Of a DNA stretch of 64,000 nucleotides, positions 61,018 through 64,000 are shown one piece after another. The translations under genes were made by a program, and so were the position numbers. The stretch spans positions 248,001 to 312,000 of IMG/VR virus record IMGVR_UViG_3300034073_003340; one strand, written 5' to 3'. The stretch's first letter is position 1; each line of letters starts with the position of its first letter. The notes under the pieces are model-generated. The model was not told the origin of the DNA. It did no database searches and saw only the letters and a list, made by a program, of their open reading frames with translations.

Positions 61018-61938
61018 CTAGATAGTAGGATCATCACCTGGTGTCAATCTACTTTCTGCATAAGCTATATACTGTGGATCAATATCAAATCCCACCCACT
61101 TCAAGCCCATTTCTTTGGCGGCAACCGCACTTGTGCCAGTGCCCATAAAGGGATCAAGTAAGGTTCCAGATGCGCCACTGAACTTGATAGCTCGTCTCGC
61201 TAGTTCAATAGGAAAGGTAGCAGGATGAGTGCCCCTTTGTATGTTGCGATCCACAATCGTGTCATAAGGTATATACCAAGTATTTCCAGGGCAATGGACG
61301 TCCTCTACGGGTCCATGACTAGAGATCTTTAGTGCGAGCGCGTCTTCGAGTTGTTGGCGCTCTATAGGGCTCGCTGAAGCATCAAAGGCCTTTTTGTTGG
61401 CGTAGCCCATCTTCTTAATCAATTTACCACGCCAACGACTTGTCTTGTCCAAGTTACCTTTGTCGGCATACGGCACACCAATGGCATTCTTGTCACAGGG
61501 AACTGTACCAGTCTTGGTAAAATGGAAAAGATGTTCCCAAGTGGGGTTGGCAAATCTTTTGCTGTTGATTGGCTTATAGTGACCAATTTGCTGATCATCT
61601 ATCGCAATACTCTTGACCCAGGTGAAATTGTTCTGGAGGATCATGTATTGACGAGCTACATTGGCGACATCCATTCCAACCCAAGGATCTACATTGCTAT
61701 AACCCATATTGAGAAAGAAGTGACCATTGGGTTTTAAGACTCGATTGATTTGGTCAAACACATCAGACAACCAGTTGAGATATTCATCTCTGGGCTTACT
61801 GTCCTTGTATTCTCCATATTTGATATCAAGATTGTAAGGCGGACTAGTGATACAGATATCAATGCTCTCACATTCCAGAGCTTTCATTCCATCAACGCAA
61901 TCTTGTAATTTGATAGTCATATCGTACTTATTAGGCAC
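61018..61938 (-). CDS. DNA methyltransferase, N4-C/N6-A beta class
   Basis: ITSPPYN, HPATFP, LLDPFMGTGTS. Confidence 0.93.
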   Translation of the reverse strand: MPNKYDMTIKLQDCVDGMKALECESIDICITSPPYNLDIKYGEYKDSKPRDEYLNWLSDVFDQINRVLKPNGHFFLNMGYSNVDPWVGMDVANVARQYMILQNNFTWVKSIAIDDQQIGHYKPINSKRFANPTWEHLFHFTKTGTVPCDKNAIGVPYADKGNLDKTSRWRGKLIKKMGYANKKAFDASASPIERQQLEDALALKISSHGPVEDVHCPGNTWYIPYDTIVDRNIQRGTHPATFPIELARRAIKFSGASGTLLDPFMGTGTSAVAAKEMGLKWVGFDIDPQYIAYAESRLTPGDDPTI

Positions 61939-62378
61939 GATATATCTTTTCTATCACCCAAGACGAATCCCCGGCTAGTTGCCTAGCCGGGGATTGATGT
62001 CAAATGCTAGACTTGTCTCGATTTGCTTCCATGGCAATTCGTTCAGCTTCGGCCTGCGCTTTGCGCTCTGCCTTTGTTGGAACAGCCGTCATAGCTTTGA
62101 TGTAACCGGCCTGTTCCTCGGCACCCATACGAGATAACACATCTTCTCGAATGAATTCAAACCGACTAATTTCTGTGCTTTCTGCGTTATGACCCCGGAG
62201 ACTTCGTAGTCGCATATCAATCAACTGGAGATACTTCTGGTTTTCCGTGAGGATGATCTTATCGTCGGCCATGCTTGTTCCTTTTGCTCTAGTGAGAACA
62301 CCAGTAGAGCAAGGCAACGCAGGTAACAATATCTTTTTTGCTCAAAAGAAAACCCCCGGCCTTTGAGACCGGGGGTTT

Positions 62379-62464
62379 TGGCGGAAAGCTAGAGACTCGA
62401 ACTCTACCCCTTGCGGAGCACATTCCTTAGCAGGGAAGTCCAGACCCTGTCTGGTTAACTTTCC
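62379..62464 (-). tRNA. tRNA-Ser(GCU), extended D stem
   Basis: CT-GCT-AA loop; CCAGAC-AGG-GTCTGG D arm; long variable arm. Confidence 0.85.
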
Positions 62465-62483
62465 GTAATGCTGACTAACAGCT

Positions 62484-62569
62484 TGGCGGATAGCGAGGGA
62501 CTCGAACTCTACCCCTTGCGGAGCCAATCGCTTTCCAGGCGATGCCACACCCTGTGTGGTTCACTATCC
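62484..62569 (-). tRNA. tRNA-Ser(GGA), extended D stem, mismatched T stem
   Basis: ATCGC-CTGGAAA-GCGAT; CCACAC-AGG-GTGTGG D arm. Confidence 0.82.
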
Positions 62570-62570
62570 G

Positions 62571-62659
62571 TGGAGGAAGACTAGGGACTTGAACCCTACA
62601 CCCATAAGGGTGCCCACTGGTTTCGAATCAGGTCCGGGGCCCTCCCCGGTTAATCTTCC
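62571..62659 (-). tRNA. tRNA-Ser(CGA), extended D stem
   Basis: TT-CGA-AA loop; CCGGGG-AGGG-CCCCGG D arm; CCA encoded. Confidence 0.8.
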
Positions 62660-62668
62660 ATGGTATTT

Positions 62669-62816
62669 AGTTGAGGGCAAGTATCCGTATGGCATCTTTC
62701 CGTTGCGTTTGCCAATTCCGCCACTTCCCGTCACAGAGTCGGGAAGCCAGGACTCGAACCTGGAAGACTAAAAGTCCACAGTTTTCTTTGATAAGCCAAA
62801 CAATCGGCCCTCAACT
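62669..62816 (-). ncRNA. Circularly permuted tRNA mimic, YrlA/Y RNA-like (copy 2)
   Basis: AGTTGAGGGC/GCCCTCAACT stem; CCAGGTTCGAGTCCTGG, CTTCCCG-loop-CGGGAAG, Leu-like D arm TGGCGGAATTGGCAAACGC. Confidence 0.8.
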
Positions 62817-62819
62817 TTG

Positions 62820-62892
62820 CGACCTATAGGGGAATCGAACCCCTCAAATTCCGCTAGACAGGCGGTTCTCTTTCCCAGCTGAGTCATAGGCC
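62820..62892 (-). tRNA. tRNA-Asp(GUC), CCA not encoded
   Basis: CCGC-CTGTCTA-GCGG; GGCCTAT/ATAGGTC-G. Confidence 0.8.
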
Positions 62893-63135
62893 ATATGACA
62901 CATTTTATGATGTGTAGCTATCAACAATCTTAGCAATTGCTCGATGTCTTTGTCTATATTCTTTTGCCGAAGCATTGGCTTCAAAATCCGTTGAATGGTA
63001 GGTTCCCATAACCAAGGTCCTACAATCCTCGCTGATCATAAACCATCGGAAGCGCCCACAAGGCTGAAGCAACACTTCGATCATTTTTCACCAATAATAT
63101 GAGTGGATTATGCTCATATTTACCTGGTGTTAGTT

Positions 63136-63274
63136 TCAACGGGCAAGTTGCGAAAAGGATGTTTTTCGGTGTCCTAACCACTAGACGAACCCCGCATAAT
63201 ATAGAGCGGGGTATGGGATTCGAACCCATGTAACCGGCGTGATAAGCGATAACCCTTATCAGTCGGCCCGTTGA
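63136..63274 (-). ncRNA. Circularly permuted tRNA mimic, YrlA/Y RNA-like (copy 3)
   Basis: TCAACGGGC/GCCCGTTGA stem; ATGGGTTCGAATCCCAT, ACCCCGC-loop-GCGGGGT, Glu-like D arm TCGTCTAGTGGTTAGGAC. Confidence 0.8.
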
Positions 63275-63682
63275 TTATTTTGGATTGCGCATCATATCCA
63301 CTGCGCCGTCAACCTCATCTAAAACCTCGAAGCCATGCTTTTTATACCAAGCCACCAAAGCTTCAGTCGAGGTATCAGCATAACCATCGGCACTGAGTTT
63401 GATAGTCACGCCATGCTTGTCGGCGAGATCGCATATGGCGCGCAAAGCTTGGGTTCCGGAACCGGAGCCTGAGCCCTGTATATCACTTAAACGAATAGAG
63501 CTATTTCCTTGACCTCGGACTTCCACCTTGGCTGATCCAATAAGTCTCTGACGATGATTGAATGGACTCTCTTGTGAGATGCTATCAAGTTCATCAAGCA
63601 ACCTCTGAGTGGGAGAATCAGGATCAGGAGTGGTCTTCCCCAATTTTATGGTTAGCTCATTTGTGATTTCATTCCAGCGCAT
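63275..63682 (-). CDS. GNAT acetyltransferase with MRWxEI leader (possible virion protein)
   Basis: GSGSGTQALRAICDLADKHGVTIKLSA, LVAWYKKHGF; TAAATA just upstream. Confidence 0.75.
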   Translation of the reverse strand: MRWNEITNELTIKLGKTTPDPDSPTQRLLDELDSISQESPFNHRQRLIGSAKVEVRGQGNSSIRLSDIQGSGSGSGTQALRAICDLADKHGVTIKLSADGYADTSTEALVAWYKKHGFEVLDEVDGAVDMMRNPK

Positions 63683-63693
63683 GTTGTATTTAT

Positions 63694-63764
63694 TGGCGCT
63701 CCGAGTAGGATTCGAACCTACAATAGCAGTCTTAGGAGGACCGCTCCCATCCATTGGCCGGAGC
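63694..63764 (-). tRNA. tRNA-Arg(CCU), compact atypical cloverleaf
   Basis: 71 nt; CT-CCT-AA loop in a 6-7-bp stem; minimal D arm; CCA encoded. Confidence 0.7.
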
Positions 63765-63947
63765 ATCTTTCCAAGTCAACTTAAACAACATAGCGTCTTT
63801 GGGATCCACAAAGCTGAAGCCTCGACGATGATCATCTGTGTAAAGCTTATAGGTAAAATACTTGATCTTGCGCTCTTCCAGCCAGTTGATCAATATCATC
63901 CATATGGGAGGATCCGCATATGTGTCCAACACATCTATTTCCAACAT
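63732..63947 (-). CDS. Short protein of the FxDxxxAMxFKLxW family
   Basis: FVDPKDAMLFKLTW; C-terminus reads into the tRNA-Arg gene. Confidence 0.55.
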   Translation of the reverse strand: MLEIDVLDTYADPPIWMILINWLEERKIKYFTYKLYTDDHRRGFSFVDPKDAMLFKLTWKDAPANGWERSS

Positions 63948-64000
63948 AAAGGTGACCTGTAGTTTTTCCGCAAGATCACCTAGATTGGCACGATTGCGAT

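Noticed and set aside
62379-62659. Selenocysteine or allo-tRNAs
   Set aside because: Anticodons are Ser and the acceptor/T stems are 7/5; only the D arm is Sec-like
532-63962. Most plus-strand ORFs in the track (e.g. 532-1011, 6433-7038, 9936-10520, 29223-29717, 50211-50864) and ORFs overlapping RNA genes
   Set aside because: Antisense shadows of well-supported minus-strand genes or RNAs, with no RBS or recognisable motifs
1-64000. Genome-wide TAG reassignment
   Set aside because: Long conserved genes are intact in code 11 and several end in TAG at expected lengths

Overview
A 64-kb segment of a large (jumbo-type) dsDNA bacteriophage genome, probably infecting an alphaproteobacterium. The host inference rests on a class I LysRS, a ROSE-controlled Hsp20, YccA and Fet4-like genes and TTGAC-N17-TAnnnn promoters. 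Nearly all genes are on the minus strand and many are short hypothetical proteins driven by more than 25 copies of a sigma70-like early promoter; a TAAATA late-promoter motif precedes structural, lysis and some tRNA genes. Recognisable cargo includes NAD synthesis (NMNAT/NadD-like, NadE), translation support (ArgRS, class I LysRS, ThrRS, Pth2, YqeY), a (p)ppGpp-hydrolase-like HD protein, two 2OG-Fe(II) oxygenases, Nudix, a 2H phosphoesterase, a CX5R phosphatase, GNATs, a DNA methyltransferase, spanins and a tail-fibre-like island. The most striking layer is non-coding RNA that the ORF track does not show: about 9 tRNAs (several structurally atypical, including an amber CUA suppressor and a long-variable-arm Ile-UAU), a tRNA split by a cassette carrying an endonuclease plus a nested tRNA, three circularly permuted tRNA mimics (YrlA/Y RNA-like), a ~850-nt GOLLD-like RNA, and several orphan structured RNAs, most with their own promoter and/or terminator. 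All calls are by eye; no searches were run.
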